Shown here one piece after another: positions 1 through 13,800 of a stretch of 64,000 nucleotides of DNA; positions within the stretch are counted from its first letter, which is position 1, and each line of letters starts with the position of its first letter. The position numbers and the translations under genes were made by a program. Source of the DNA: Balanoglossus misakiensis (taxonomy: Eukaryota; Animalia; Hemichordata); assembly GCA_040954595.2 (NCBI GenBank), contig CM082594.2:2713319-2777318 (forward strand), in the 5' to 3' direction. The notes beneath the pieces were generated by a model. That model was not told where the DNA came from, ran no database searches, and saw only the letters and a program-made list of their open reading frames with translations.

Positions 1-1661
1 AATTTCCTGAGCCCTAGCAATTAATTCAAAGTCAAGGGATTTGTTGGAGACTTTGCTGGGATGTACATGTACTCTATAATAGTTGCATGACGAAAGTTTA
101 AACTTCACTTCACTGAAATGCATTGTTTTTGGTCACACAGCCTCAATGACACAAGTGCTATGTAGTGTATGTCCAATGATTTTTCACTGCGTCTTTGTTG
201 CATACAGTGTACTAAGTAAAGAAGGGTGAAATGCATGTACCATCTGAAAGTGAAAATGGCAAATTGAGCCTTGTGGCATCATTATGAAGAGAAATAAGTG
301 ACCATACTTGCTTCAAGAAGCTTTTAATGAACCCTGACATGGAAAAAGGAATCAACAAGCAATAAAAAGGACATGCATAGGAGTTAGTGTTTGTGTTCAT
401 GCATCGTCGTGAATGGTATTATGCATTCAATAATACCATCACATTGAATACTTATTGTGAAAGCCATCATACTTCCAAGGCTTGTTTCAGCAATAGCTGT
501 GCCGGGTGCAGGGAATTGATTGGGAAAACAGGGAGGCAAAATATCATGGAAGTGGGTTAGTCATGATATCTAATATTGGGTTAGGTATTTGCGACTGTCA
601 AGTGCGACCTGGAGGGGAGGGGAAAGGTCAAAGGTGAGAGATTGATTTGGTCGTGGTAAATTATATTTCACTACCAACAATATTGACAACATACATGTAG
701 ATACATTCTGGCAGACTGTTAATTGTTCCAATCAGAATGACCAACACACAGAAGTGTATTACACAAATTCACGCCAACAAATATTGAACCAAACTGTTGT
801 AAATTTTTCACAATTTATACGCCTAAATTGGATAGTTGGCAGATCTGTTTTTTCTGACTGGACAATTTCTGAACAGTCTGACAGTCTGTAGTCCAAGATA
901 TTGCAGACAATCACCACAGACAACACAATACAACCCAAATTCCACATTTTAAAACACATCAAGATATACATTCTAAACCTATATGGTTACACACTAGCAA
1001 TTCAGGATTTTCTTCAACCTGTAGCGCATGAGCAGGGTAAAAAAGCAAAAATGAAAAAAAGGACATGTCATTTCTTTGGGTGCAAAATGCTTCAATGGTT
1101 TTCCCATATGGACAGGGAAAGGAGACAATACATGTAGTGGAATACAAAATTTGGTGAAAAATCGGATTTCAGACTGACCTCTTCCTTCTATCAGATTGTT
1201 CTCATTCCCAAACCCTCTTCCATTCCTTCAAATCTCAATTCCTCTTCCAAACTTTATATCAAACCTAGTTCATATCAACACATTTTCACAAAGAGAAGTT
1301 TTCCCCATTATATTTCTTATGGTACCTTCTCCCTCTCTCCCTCCCTCCCTTCAGCCCTACTCTCTCCTCCTTCCTTACACTTACAGAATTTGTAAGGTAT
1401 GTGATCAGATGTGATAAAAATACAGAGAAAAACCTTTGAGAACACAACAACTGTTCTTAACAAAGATGTGTTCTAAATTGACAGATGACATTCGTTCAAA
1501 CCAATATTGTCTTGAAAATTTGTCCTTACTAAAATGTGTTGTCTTGATTAGAGAGGTGTCCATAATGACATGTTTCACTGTTCATAGAAAACAACATCAA
1601 ACTTTTGAACTTTTCATACATAAATATACACATACAATGTAACATAATAACATGCAATTAA

Positions 1662-1746
1662 CCCTTTCACCCCCGGTTCCCTCTTTAGTGGTCCAACCTT
1701 ACCATAGAAAACAATAGGTTTGGACTGAACCACAGTGGTGAAAGGA
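1662..1746. mobile_element. About 85-bp piggyBac-like miniature element
   Basis: ttaa|ccctttcacc...ggtgaaagga|ttaa; copies at 6581-6665, 11248-11331 and about 24560-24646 (reverse). TTAA plus CCC termini. Confidence 0.75.
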
Positions 1747-1816
1747 TTAAACCTTGTTTCAGCAGTAGTCGTGTTGCATCAGAGTACAATTAGAGCAAGC
1801 ACAGCACACAACATAC

Positions 1817-4800
1817 CTGTTTTCGCCATTCAGAAACTTTCTCTTGCTGTTGACTTTTCATTTTGAAGTCTCCAAGATTGACAACAAGCACTGATGAGGA
1901 ACTGGAAATAACAGACATGTACTGAGAGAACGTCTGTGAATTCCACGTGATAGACGTTATCACAAAAAAGTGGTTAGTGCTATGGCAAAACCAAACAACC
2001 ACTGCCTGGTTTGTTCTGTAGAACTTGTCTTTTTGGTTATGAGTTAGTAATACAAATCTAACACAATGGTTCAGCTGCCAACAGTTTTGAACAGCTCCAT
2101 GTATTGAATATTGTAAAACATGATATTTTCGCGATATCAAAAGAGGCAACTGTTACGAGTCTCGCATTCTCTTATTTAATGTATTGCATAGTTATCTCCG
2201 AAAAAAATTTTATGTGACTTTTTATTTTCACGTTATTTTGGCTCTCACGAATTTCGCGAAAATTTATTGCTCGCGAAAATAAGTAATTCTAGAATGGACA
2301 AGTCTATGTTATTTGCAACACATGGGATTGTGTGAAAATTTACTTAAATACTTTGGCTAGACAAGTCTGCTGTGAGGAACAAAATTGAAAAAAATCTACC
2401 TCTCATAGACTCCATTTTCCGGTATAATGACATAAGAACTCTTGAGATCCACGGAGATATCTGTGACTTTTCGGGTGTGAATCATATACGTGAGACCAGT
2501 AGCGCTCTGACTCTTCAATGCGTCTAACTTAGAAAATGCTGCTGCTTGAAGCCTGCAAGATATTAGGAATAACAAGTATGAACCACAATGTCTCAATTTC
2601 ACATGTTTTGCCACATATTCTCAAGGTGGTAAAATAATGTCAACTTAATGTGATCGTAAAGATGTGAAATGCAACTTAAAGGTACACGGTCACCCCTAAT
2701 TTACATACGCCCATATATGGCTGAAATGGCGTATTTGAGTGTTCTAAAGAACATATGCTGGCGCTCTTTTTTTCGCGTGTGCCACCCACTGAAATCTGTG
2801 ATTGGCCAGATCTCAATTCACCATGGTAACTGTAGCTAATTTTCCATAGGTGACCGTATACCTTTAAGGAAGTGATTGTCATGTAATTTCTGCTCGACCA
2901 ATTGATGAATGAAACACTAATCCTGGAAGAAATCAGCCATTTGTCTACATGGTTCTACAAAATGTTTCTAACAAAGATCAACTCATGCAAATTACCCGAC
3001 AGCTATCACTTGGCTATTCCTAGCCGTTGGATTAAAATAAATCACTTCTGGTTTAATTCCAGTGATAGTTCGACATAAAAATAAAAATCAATATATATGG
3101 TTTCATACAGCAGGGAGGTCTTCTCACCACACAACCTTAGTCATCGAAATCCAATGATTATTTTTTAGATGTCTACATTGATGTGGTTATGAAGGAAAAT
3201 AGAATAAGTCAATGTCAGTTTTGCAGCTCTTTTGACACTAATTTCCCTTAGATTCTTTACTATCAATCACATGATCTGGCCGTGTGAGCCATGGCATTGT
3301 CATTTCCAGGTGACGGGCAAGCAATATTTCGGCATCCAGTAAAAAAAATTCTGAGTATGTTGTTACTTTAGAACCGCCAGACACGTAACATGTATCAGGT
3401 ATGGTGCCTTATCAGCCTTATGGCATTTCGTCTGCACAGTTTTTGTCTGCACCACGTTGTTGAAGTTGCCCGTCATCTGGAAATTTGAATGCGAACGTAA
3501 CTGCCGCATGAGCGCGTCTGACGTCATTTGATATCGAACAATCTCAGAGACTTACTTTTTGAGATGGACATCTTCAGGTGGTTTAAAGAATTCTGCTATG
3601 TGGTTGACTGTTTGCTGTATCAAAAAAAAAAAAACAAGTAAATTCACTGGGGTTTGATAGAAAAAGCAAGACTGGAGTCCCAGATGGAGAAGATGGGGGA
3701 ATTTATTCTGACACTGCAGTTTTTGATTGACAATAAAACCAGAGCAAATTAAAGGGACAAAGTCTCTCTCTCGCTGCCTTTTTTCCATTAATTATGTTTG
3801 ATACAAGACACCGTTTATGTTATTCTACATGTGGATAAATAGTGAATCAACGTTCGACAACACACAACTCCCATCCAGTTTGTAGGATATGAGAGTAAAA
3901 ATCTCGCTAAAATGAATGAACGGGAAACACTGATTATTGATTTTGACGAGTTTTTCACTCTCGTGTCTACAAGTGAGATGAAAGTTGTGTGTGGTCAAAC
4001 TTTGTGGATTAACTTTGATATTTACCATTACTGTAACAAATTTATACATGTGACATTTATGAAACTACCAACAAAATACTTACAGCATCATAGATGACTT
4101 CTAATGGCCTAGCCTTCACTGATATCCTCTGATCAGCTTTGCCATCCATGGGGTTCGTTTCAACTTGAACATCCAGTAGAGACACCATGTGGCCAGAGTC
4201 AGATCTCTGAGATTTCACCATCTGTGGCACTTTACCGTTCTTCAATTCAGAACCGAACACACTGAATGAGTCTATCTTTGCTTCTAATCTGTTCATGAAA
4301 ATATGGACACGAACATTATTTAGTTAATTCCCCACACATGTACTAGTATACAAACTTCAAATAAAGGCAACAAAGCTCCTTTTTTGACGAAACAGGGAGC
4401 TTTGCGTATCCGAATACTAGGGTTTGATTACAGCTTACCCATAGTGAAACAATAAGAAAGACATGCTCCTGTAGAAACCATGTTGCTCACACTCCTTGTA
4501 TCAACTTTGAAAGACATACTGGACACACAAGCTATGAATAGAATGTGGCCCACCTCACTGATGGACACAATAGCTATAACTTTTGGTTTTTTTTTTACTT
4601 TGTTCTGTTTTGTGTACCAAATGTAGTTTCTTGCTCTACTCAATACAGCATGCTAGTATACCCAGTACTCAACTTGTCAACAAAGCCTGTACATGTATGT
4701 GTGTAACTGCCGATGTTATTGTTATTGTTAATAAATAAATTCTAGTCTGGACTTGAATTCAAATTTTGCACAATAACAGTGCTGATTATACCCATATGTT

Positions 4801-7800
4801 GTGTTGATAAGCTAAATGCTGGGCATTTCATCATGTTTCAGGAATTTGAACAAGAAACTGCAGTAGATACACACAAACAAACATACTGAAATCATAGAGA
4901 ATAGTTAAACCTAATGGAGCTTTAACAAGCAATGCAAATTGGGATGCAGCAGTAATCTCATTGTGCTTTTCATAATTCAGTATATCCAAGAGTTGTTTTT
5001 TAAAGGGCCTAGCTCGTCTCACACGCATGTTCCAGCTGTAGCCGCTGGTTACAGACGTTTAGTGAACAGTCAATCCCATAAGGCAGTGCTCTGTCCTAAC
5101 AACAGAGAAGATGGCGGCGACCATAATCTGTGTCGGAGATCGGGAAAAGACACCAGCTTGGGTGAAAAGGAGGGACAAAACCAGAAGCTACTTATATGGT
5201 GCGCACGAAATATGGAAGGAAGCGAAGGCAGTCCACTATTTGAATGCATCGAACGGAAAATTTGCTGGGAAGTTACGGGCATGCACGTGAGACGATCTAT
5301 TGCCTTTAAATATTCCATCACCCAATAGGCGATTTGCCCAATAACAGGATGAGGTATACCTTCTGTCCCTGGGTAAGAGAGAGACAGCAATGAGAATTAA
5401 AGTGCCATGCTTAAGGGCAAAACATCCTGGGATAGAGAATGTACATACTTGACTGCATCAGCTGATGGTCTTTGTTGTACATATGCATACAGGTCATCCA
5501 ACTTCAAATTGACAATCTCTGGTTTGCTCAAGGAAGTGTCTGTCAGCTGTAAGGAGGTCTTTTGCAACTTGAAATGAAGCTTCATGCCAATGTACTGTAA
5601 AAAGAACAAGAAAACATTTCCAATATAAAAGACCTTGAAAAATGACCAACATACTTTGACATGTACACCTAAAATTGGGGACAGTGAATAGGTCAATCCA
5701 AGTAGACTTCCTTCATTAAAGGGACATTAGCTGTAACTTTGGCTTTATTTTCAGCATTTTTGCCCTTTTTCAATTAATTATGTTTGATACAAGACACTGT
5801 TTATGTTAATGTACATGTGTATATGTAGTGAATCAACATTCGACTACACACAACTTCCATCCTGCTTGTAGACACGAGAGTGAAAAAACTCACCAAAATG
5901 AATAATCGGTCTCTACCATTTATTCATTTTGGGCGAGTTTTTACTCTCATATCATACAAGCGGGATGGAAGTTGTGTGTGGTCGAACGTTCATTCACTAC
6001 ATATACACATGTACATTAACATAAAGGGTGTCTTGTATCAAACATAATTAATGGAAAATGGGCAGTGAGGGAGAAACTTTGTCCCTTTAAATAGAAGTTT
6101 CATAAAATACTTACATCAGTGGGTAGAGTGGGATCAGGAGCTCCTTCTGAATAACCAATTGCAGAATACAATTTCGATTGCTCCTCATCTGACATCTCTT
6201 TGGCTATCTTTTCAGTCAGAGCTGAATGTATAAACAGGGAAATAAAGTTGCAGATACACGAAGAAGATTTCAACTAACATGATGCAGTCTGACTGATGCA
6301 GTCTGAAAATAAAAAGTCGCGTAAAAATGTTTTTCGGAGATAACGATGCAGTGAAATATGAGAACGCGAAAATTAATCCTCGCGTAACAGTTGCCTCTTT
6401 TGATATCGCAAAAATTTCCTGTGGCGAAAATAACCCGTTTGACAGTAGCTAGTATTGATTTTGAACTACAGTATTTGACTCAAGTTAAACAAATTATTGT
6501 CACTGACATACATTGTAGTCTCCTCTGGATGACTGAGTAATAGCTGTGGATGGACACACTTTCGGACAGATAAATCCTAACCCTTTCACCCCCACTTCCC
6601 TCTTTAGAGGTCCAACCTCACCATAGTAAACAATGGGGTTGGATCGAACCATGGTGGTGAAAGGGTGAATCAATTTCCATTATATTATACCAGTATATTG
6701 ATGGTGTAAATCACGCTATTTTATTGGTCGAGCCACTACACGTGACTGTGATATATTTGTCACATACCACAGTCATATATCACGCAAAACTCATAGTCGA
6801 AGAAAATGCCTTTTTAAAATGTTTTATGCAAAGTTTCAATATACTGGTATAATATAAATAGCAATAAAACACCCCCAGCCATGGTATACCACGAGATTTT
6901 GACCAGTTCAACTCCATATACGCACGAGCTATCGCTCGTGCGTATATGTCGTGAACTGGTCAAAATCTCGTAGTATACAATGGCTGGGGGTGTTTTATTG
7001 TTTAAATAGAACACATCCATTTACCTTTTTCTTCAGCCTCAGGCTTGACTTCCTTTGGAGTTTCTTTCTTCTTTCCTCCACCAAACCAACCTCCAAACCA
7101 ACCTTTGCCCTCTTCTTTGGACTTGGTCTTTTTCACTTTAGTTCCTGCTTTGGCAATTTCCATTTCAGCCTGCTGTCTGGCAAGCACTATGTTGAAGACA
7201 TTCATCTCTTCTTCAAACCTCTAATGTGGAGAAATCACAAGAAGAACATCATTGATGTTACAGTTCCTGGAAGTTGTGTGTGGTTGAATGTCCATTCACC
7301 ACATATACACATGTATATTAACATAAACGGTGTCTTGTATCAAAAATAATTAATGGAAAAAGGGCAGCGAGAGAGAGACTTTGTCCCTTTAATATGTTTT
7401 CAAATCAAACAAAGATTAGCTACATATATACAATACCTGTATGGTGTCCAGTACAGCTTTGGAAGGCTTTTTGGCCTGTACTTTCTCTTTCCATGCAGCT
7501 TTGTATTTCTTACTCAGTTCTCGGTGTTTGGACATATTGTTCCACGACCACATAGTATTCTTTCTCTTCACATTCTCATGCAATATACAGTTCTGGGCAT
7601 AGTGCCACCTGCCAATTCAAGACACAAAACATATCATTAAAGTCAGATCCAGCATTCATTAAAGGTTTATTAATATTATGCTTATTAATCCATAGTTACC
7701 ATTTAAATCTAGCCAATCACATTTTCAATGGGTGGCCAAATGAAAAAAAAGTGTACCACCACATGGCCAATCAAAGGCATTCCCTTTTGACTATATATGG

Positions 7801-10800
7801 TCTTATGTGAATGTGAATTTAAGGTACCGATAATTGTTTACCATTATAATGACAGTGTATCACAACTTCATTTATTTCCTTGACAAGCATTAAATAATGA
7901 AGTTGACGTAGTGATAAACATGAGTATCTCTATAGTATTATGAAAGTTACAAGGAGAATTTGTTGTTGAGGCTTGATTTGAATGAAAATAAAATGAAAAC
8001 CTTCGACAATGTGTCAAAAAATTAAGCTTGTTTAAAGGTTTGTTCAGAAAAGCATTGTTGAATGTTTTTATCACCAGCTTAGAAGAAGCTTTGCTACCCT
8101 AACCTTGGCCAAAGATTTGAATTGTTTATCTTATTCGCTCCCAAGGGAGTTGAATGGAATATTTAGGTCCAATGAACAGGGGAAAAAACTGTAGAGCACA
8201 TTGAGATGTATTATGTAATGCGTTAATATACATGTATAAGAAATCAATATTATTATTAGTTCATGTCTAACTTACCACAGTTTTGCATTGCCTTTGGCTG
8301 GTACATTGGGTCTGTATTTCCGATAGGGTTCATTTCTTGCCATTCTCTCAAATGATTCCAGCAATTCCATGACATCTTGAAACTGTTCAAAATAAGGAAA
8401 TTCAGATCATGATTAAGGGTGTATGCGCAGAACTGGGCGCACTCGTCTTTTTCCAATGAAGGATTACATTGATAATTGCTAGAAAACAAACTTCTACTAT
8501 TGTCATTTTCACGAAATTTTACACAGAGCTCAGTCCAGTAAATATAAATTCATTGGTCAAATAAAATTGTGTGGTCACTGCGTTCTATTTTGAGGTAAAT
8601 TTCATTAAAATATTTGCCCATAGACAAACCATTGGTGAAAAATGCTGAGTCAGGGTTAAGCAGCTTCCTCCTGTGCAGTCCAGAGAAACAATTGTAACAC
8701 AACTCATCCACAGTCTGTGTTCTCATTCGTCAATCAATAGTCACGCGGTATACTTTCTTTTTGTGCTGATCCTGATTCAGTTCCAAAAAATGATGCCCGC
8801 CCATTTCAAAAACAACATATTGCGCATGCGCGAAATGGAAAGTAAACAAAGATGTCGTCTGCAGCCGAGGGGAACGATAGTCAAGAAATTTCACCAGAGA
8901 CTTTGAGTAACATGAGTTCTTATGCGTAGCTGCCGATGAGATGTGTTACAAAACACATATTGACTGGCCTTTTGGGCAACAGCATATGTCTTTCACCTCT
9001 TGGGACTGTGAGTCACCCCCCAAAACAGACTGTTTCACTCGGTCTTCAGCCTCAGGAAACAGTCTGTTTTGGGGGTGACTCACAGTCCCTCGGGTTACAG
9101 ACGTATGCTGTTGCCCTCATGGCCAGTCAACATGTGTATACTGAATCCAAGATTACTTCAGTTTGCTACACTGTAAATGTTGTACCTGTTTCTTGGCTAG
9201 CGAGACTCCAATTTCTTCCAGGACCAAGTTCAGATACACTTTAGGTATAGACATATCTGATGCCGGCTTAGGATTTATTCTGACCTGCGCTTTCATTGAT
9301 ATGGGTTTGATCACTTGAATTAATAACAAACAAAAAATAATCATAGTCAAAATTACAAAGCAGAACATATTGCATAAGTTTGTCACCTCTTGGCGATTCA
9401 TACCACGACAGTTTTGAACAGTTTTTACGGAAACCAATTACGGTAAACATGTGCAGCACCCATTTAATATATCATTTGTTCAAATTGCAACATACAGCCA
9501 CAATCAGGAGTCAATAAGACAAAGTATACATATCAGTAAGCCTATTTAGATGAACCATTTAAGCTTGAAAGTAAAATCATGAAAATAATGCAAAAAGTGG
9601 CAGCTCTTGGGGCTTTAAAATGAATGCTGTTTTACGATGATAAAAAATCCCACCAAAATCAGTACGAAATGTTCCAGAGCAAAAAAAATGAGGTAAATAT
9701 TAAGTGACTTACAATACTGGTATGGAGGCAGCTTTGGTTGACTTCCAGCTATTCCACGTTTTAGTACTTCCTTTACAAGATATAAATACATCAAAATATT
9801 AATGTATCAGCAGTAATACATACAGCTCCATCAATAAGCATTATTAGTTTGAAGCAATAAAAATCAATCTTTTTGTCTGTGTTATGTTTTGTGTTGTTAT
9901 ATTTTCTTGTTTATTGAAAGATACAGACTTTTGGTGATGAGACATTACCTTACTCCCTGTCTTTAACCGTAGACTGTCTTTTCTAAGGTCTTTGCTCTAC
10001 CCCAAAAACATTGCCAATAAATACTCAATAACAGAATTTTACTTAGCATATTCATTGAAATATTACCTGCTTGGCTATTCTACATGTAAAAAGGTGACTT
10101 TTTGTCACTTTCAGAACAAAAATATATCCAACATCCTTTGAACTGACTTTTGCTCAAGCCATCTGTTCACCTTCAAAGTTGTAGTAGGTAGAAATTATTT
10201 TGAAATCATTTATTTATTCATTGACCCAGTAATCATTTCGGACTGCATGCTATCACGCTCAAATTTCATATTTATTTTTAATCTTGTGGAATTTTCTTTC
10301 AAACCAATATAAAAATTGAACGATTGGAATTTGAACTTTGGCAGGTCAGGTCACCAGAAACATCTTAAAATGACATGATTTTTTTTTCAGGGTCGTGGTA
10401 ACATATGGTCACTATGGAAATTACACTTGGATTAATTTTGCTGCTTTCATTCATAAATTGCTGACACAACTAGAACTGACACAAATGTTTGCTGCCATGT
10501 AAATTAAGCTTTTTATCATTCAAGGCTGTCACATGGACTAGAATTTACAATATATTGTGATATAGAAACTAGATGTTGGATAATATCACAAAGACATTTC
10601 AGGTTCTTCTGGTTCTGCAAGTCTCATGGATTGTTAGACTTATGACCATAAGACCCCTTTCTGCTTGGGATGGCCCATATATTACTGCCTGAATACATGG
10701 GTTTATGGGCATTTGCCCACCACCAGAGGGCAAATCATCTCCTACTGCGAGAGCCCATTCACCATGTATTCAGGCAATATTTTATAGCATGCATCGCCCG

Positions 10801-13800
10801 CCTAGTTTTATCAGACCAGGTTACCTTGGACACCCGTCACCGGTCAATATAACGTTCACATCATGGAGGTACAAATAGTGGACTCACTGCCAGTGGCCAC
10901 AAAGGATAAAACAAAGTGACTGAAAATGTGAATCTGTTTTTCTTACTACCGGGTATGTACTATGGTGTTGAAACATGAAACTAGAAGAAGCATAAGTCTT
11001 AACCAACAGGATGAAAAGCACAGTTCTTTTATTTTTCTATTATCTCTTTTGGTTTTAAAGGTATATGGTCACCTATGCAAATTTAGCTGAAGTTACCATG
11101 GCAAACTGAGATCTAGCCAATCTCAGATTTTCAGTGGGTATCACACAAGAAAAAAAGAGCAGCACCATATGTTCTTTAGAACACTCAAATACGCCATTTC
11201 AGCCATATATGGGCGTATGTAAATTTGAGGTGACTGTATGCCTTTAACCCTTTCACCCCCAGTTCCCTTTATAGAGGTCCAACTTTACCCTGAAAACAAT
11301 GAATTCAGACCAAACCATGGTAGTGAAAGAGTTAGAAGCAATACTTACTCTCAATTGTTCTCTGGGTAAATCACTGTACATCCTTGAACTAGTATTCCAA
11401 TACACTGCCAAACAATCCAACTCTACCAGCTAGAAATAGATACAGAATACACAAGACAACTTTACAAGATGCAAGACAAAAATAGACATAAACAATAAAT
11501 TATTATTATTCTCATTATTAAAATTATTATAAGGCAACTGCATACAATTCTGATTAATTCAAATTAAAATGACACTGGTCAGCATATTCAAGGAGCAAAT
11601 TCACCAAATTGGTTGAGATATAAAAATCAAGTGCTACATATACAGCCATAATATTCCACAATTAGAATGCATCCGAGTGGCCCTGAATATGAATTTAAAT
11701 ACAGTTGCACACATAATTTTGGAGGGGATGGATGAGCTGAGATATTTATACATTCAACGAAATATTGACAATCATTACTGTAACAGTAATTATTTTCAAT
11801 TTCCTCACAATAGTGATGTCGCCTTTTGTGCTGAATCAATATGACATCAAAACACTTTACTGGTGAAATAATCACTATCTATAAACAAAAGTATTAAGTT
11901 AATTATCATATCAAATGACATCTGCAATGCAATGTACCAGTAAGAGCAAGACAAAATGCAAAAATAGAATACTGTAAAACACTTTATTTTCGCGAGTTGA
12001 AATTTTCACGATATCAAGAAAGGCCACTGTTTCGCGAGTATTAATTTTCACGTTCTCTTATTTCATTCACTGCCTCGTTATCTTCAAAAAAAATTACGCG
12101 ACTTTTTATTTTCAAGGTATTTTGGCTCTCGCGTATTTCGCGAATATGTATTGCTCGCGAAAATAAAGTGTTTTACAGTATACATATTTTCATCAGTGAC
12201 AATAGTCTTAGCAGTTTAAATGCACAAAACCTGGCCGATATATTTTCTTTAGTTTACAAAGCTCACGTGTCAAATGTGAACAAATTTCATTGATGCATCA
12301 AAAAAAAGCACATAAATGCTCATACTCTGCCAGCTAATAATATATGTGGGTGCTTCCAAAATCTGTATCACAGCATGTTTGGATCTCAATCAGAGAGCGA
12401 AATTTCTACGTACTGTACATATACTGGTATGTGTGTATGCATGATTACCATGTTATTAATGTCTTGAAGACAAGACATGAATTGTTTGTTTGCAATATGA
12501 TTACCTTGTGAATAAGAGTAGCTGAGGAATCGGCCAGACATTTCTTCCAGTTGGCATCACACGTCTAAAAACAGAAAACAAAATTGTTAAATTTTAAAAT
12601 TGAAAATTCATAACTCTTTTTTTAAAATTCCTTGATATCAAATGACGTCAGACGCGCTCAGGCGGCAGTAACGTTCGCATTCAAATTTCCAGATGACGGG
12701 CAACTTCAACAACGTGGTGCAGACAAAAACTGTGCAGATGAAATGCCATGAGGCTGATGAGGCACCATACCTGATACATGTTACGTGTCTGGCGGTTCTT
12801 AAGTAAAAACATACTCGGACAAATATTGCTTGCCCGTCATCTGGAAATGACAGCGCCATGGGACACATGGCCAGATCACGTGACTGATAGTAAAGAATGG
12901 GTTGTACAGTACAGATTGCCTATAGTCAATCAGTCTCGATAAATGTGATTAGAAAGCATGTGCAATGCAGATCCACAAACCTGAAAGGACAAGTCATGTA
13001 AAGTGACACCAATGGCAAATGGTGCAGCGGGGTTGGTGTACTTGTCTTCATATCTCACATGAATGTTGCTGATCTGCACTTGGAGATTTTTGATGATTTG
13101 AAACGCCATCTTTTCAGCGAAGGAATCAGATTTCTCGTCCTTTGGTTTGCCTGAAAATTGTTGGCGGTAATGAAGAATTTTAAAATGCGATGTAAGATTC
13201 AACTCCCAACCTACCTAAAATTTTATGCTCTATAATATGGACTGAAAAAAAAATGAGATCTTGGAATGATAATTTATGGTGTCCTGTGTTGGATGTCTCA
13301 GGCATACAACTTGGAAAAAATAATGGATTCAGTCTACTTTGTTCAACAGTTTGCTCAATATAGCTAAGGAGAATACAAATGTATTAACCAGGGAAACAGT
13401 CTGTAATTTATCAAGTGTTTGTACTGTTGTAAACAATGTTATTTACAATATATTGCTAATGTTTGTACTTCATGGCCGGAAGCCAATAGTACAGTTGGTC
13501 TCAACATCTAGTATAATGCCAAACAAATTTTCGAAGTGGAAAATAAATGTGGCTCTAATCAATGAATACAGAAATGCATTATAGTTTTCTCCACTTGCAG
13601 GCCATTTTGTCAATACTCTGATGGATAGATGGCCATCAAGAATTGAATGGTGGTCCATCTGTGCATATTTTTTTGAACAATCAATATTTAGGCTGATCTA
13701 ATTACATTAGTGTATAACCATAAAAGAAGTTACATCATACATTGGACAGGCATTGGACATTAAAGGCTGCCAGGGTGTGTGTGGGACGGGTGTTGGTGAT

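Noticed and set aside
4939-5390. 129-aa and 106-aa overlapping ORFs in a VPS13 intron
   Set aside because: No recognisable domain or splice support.
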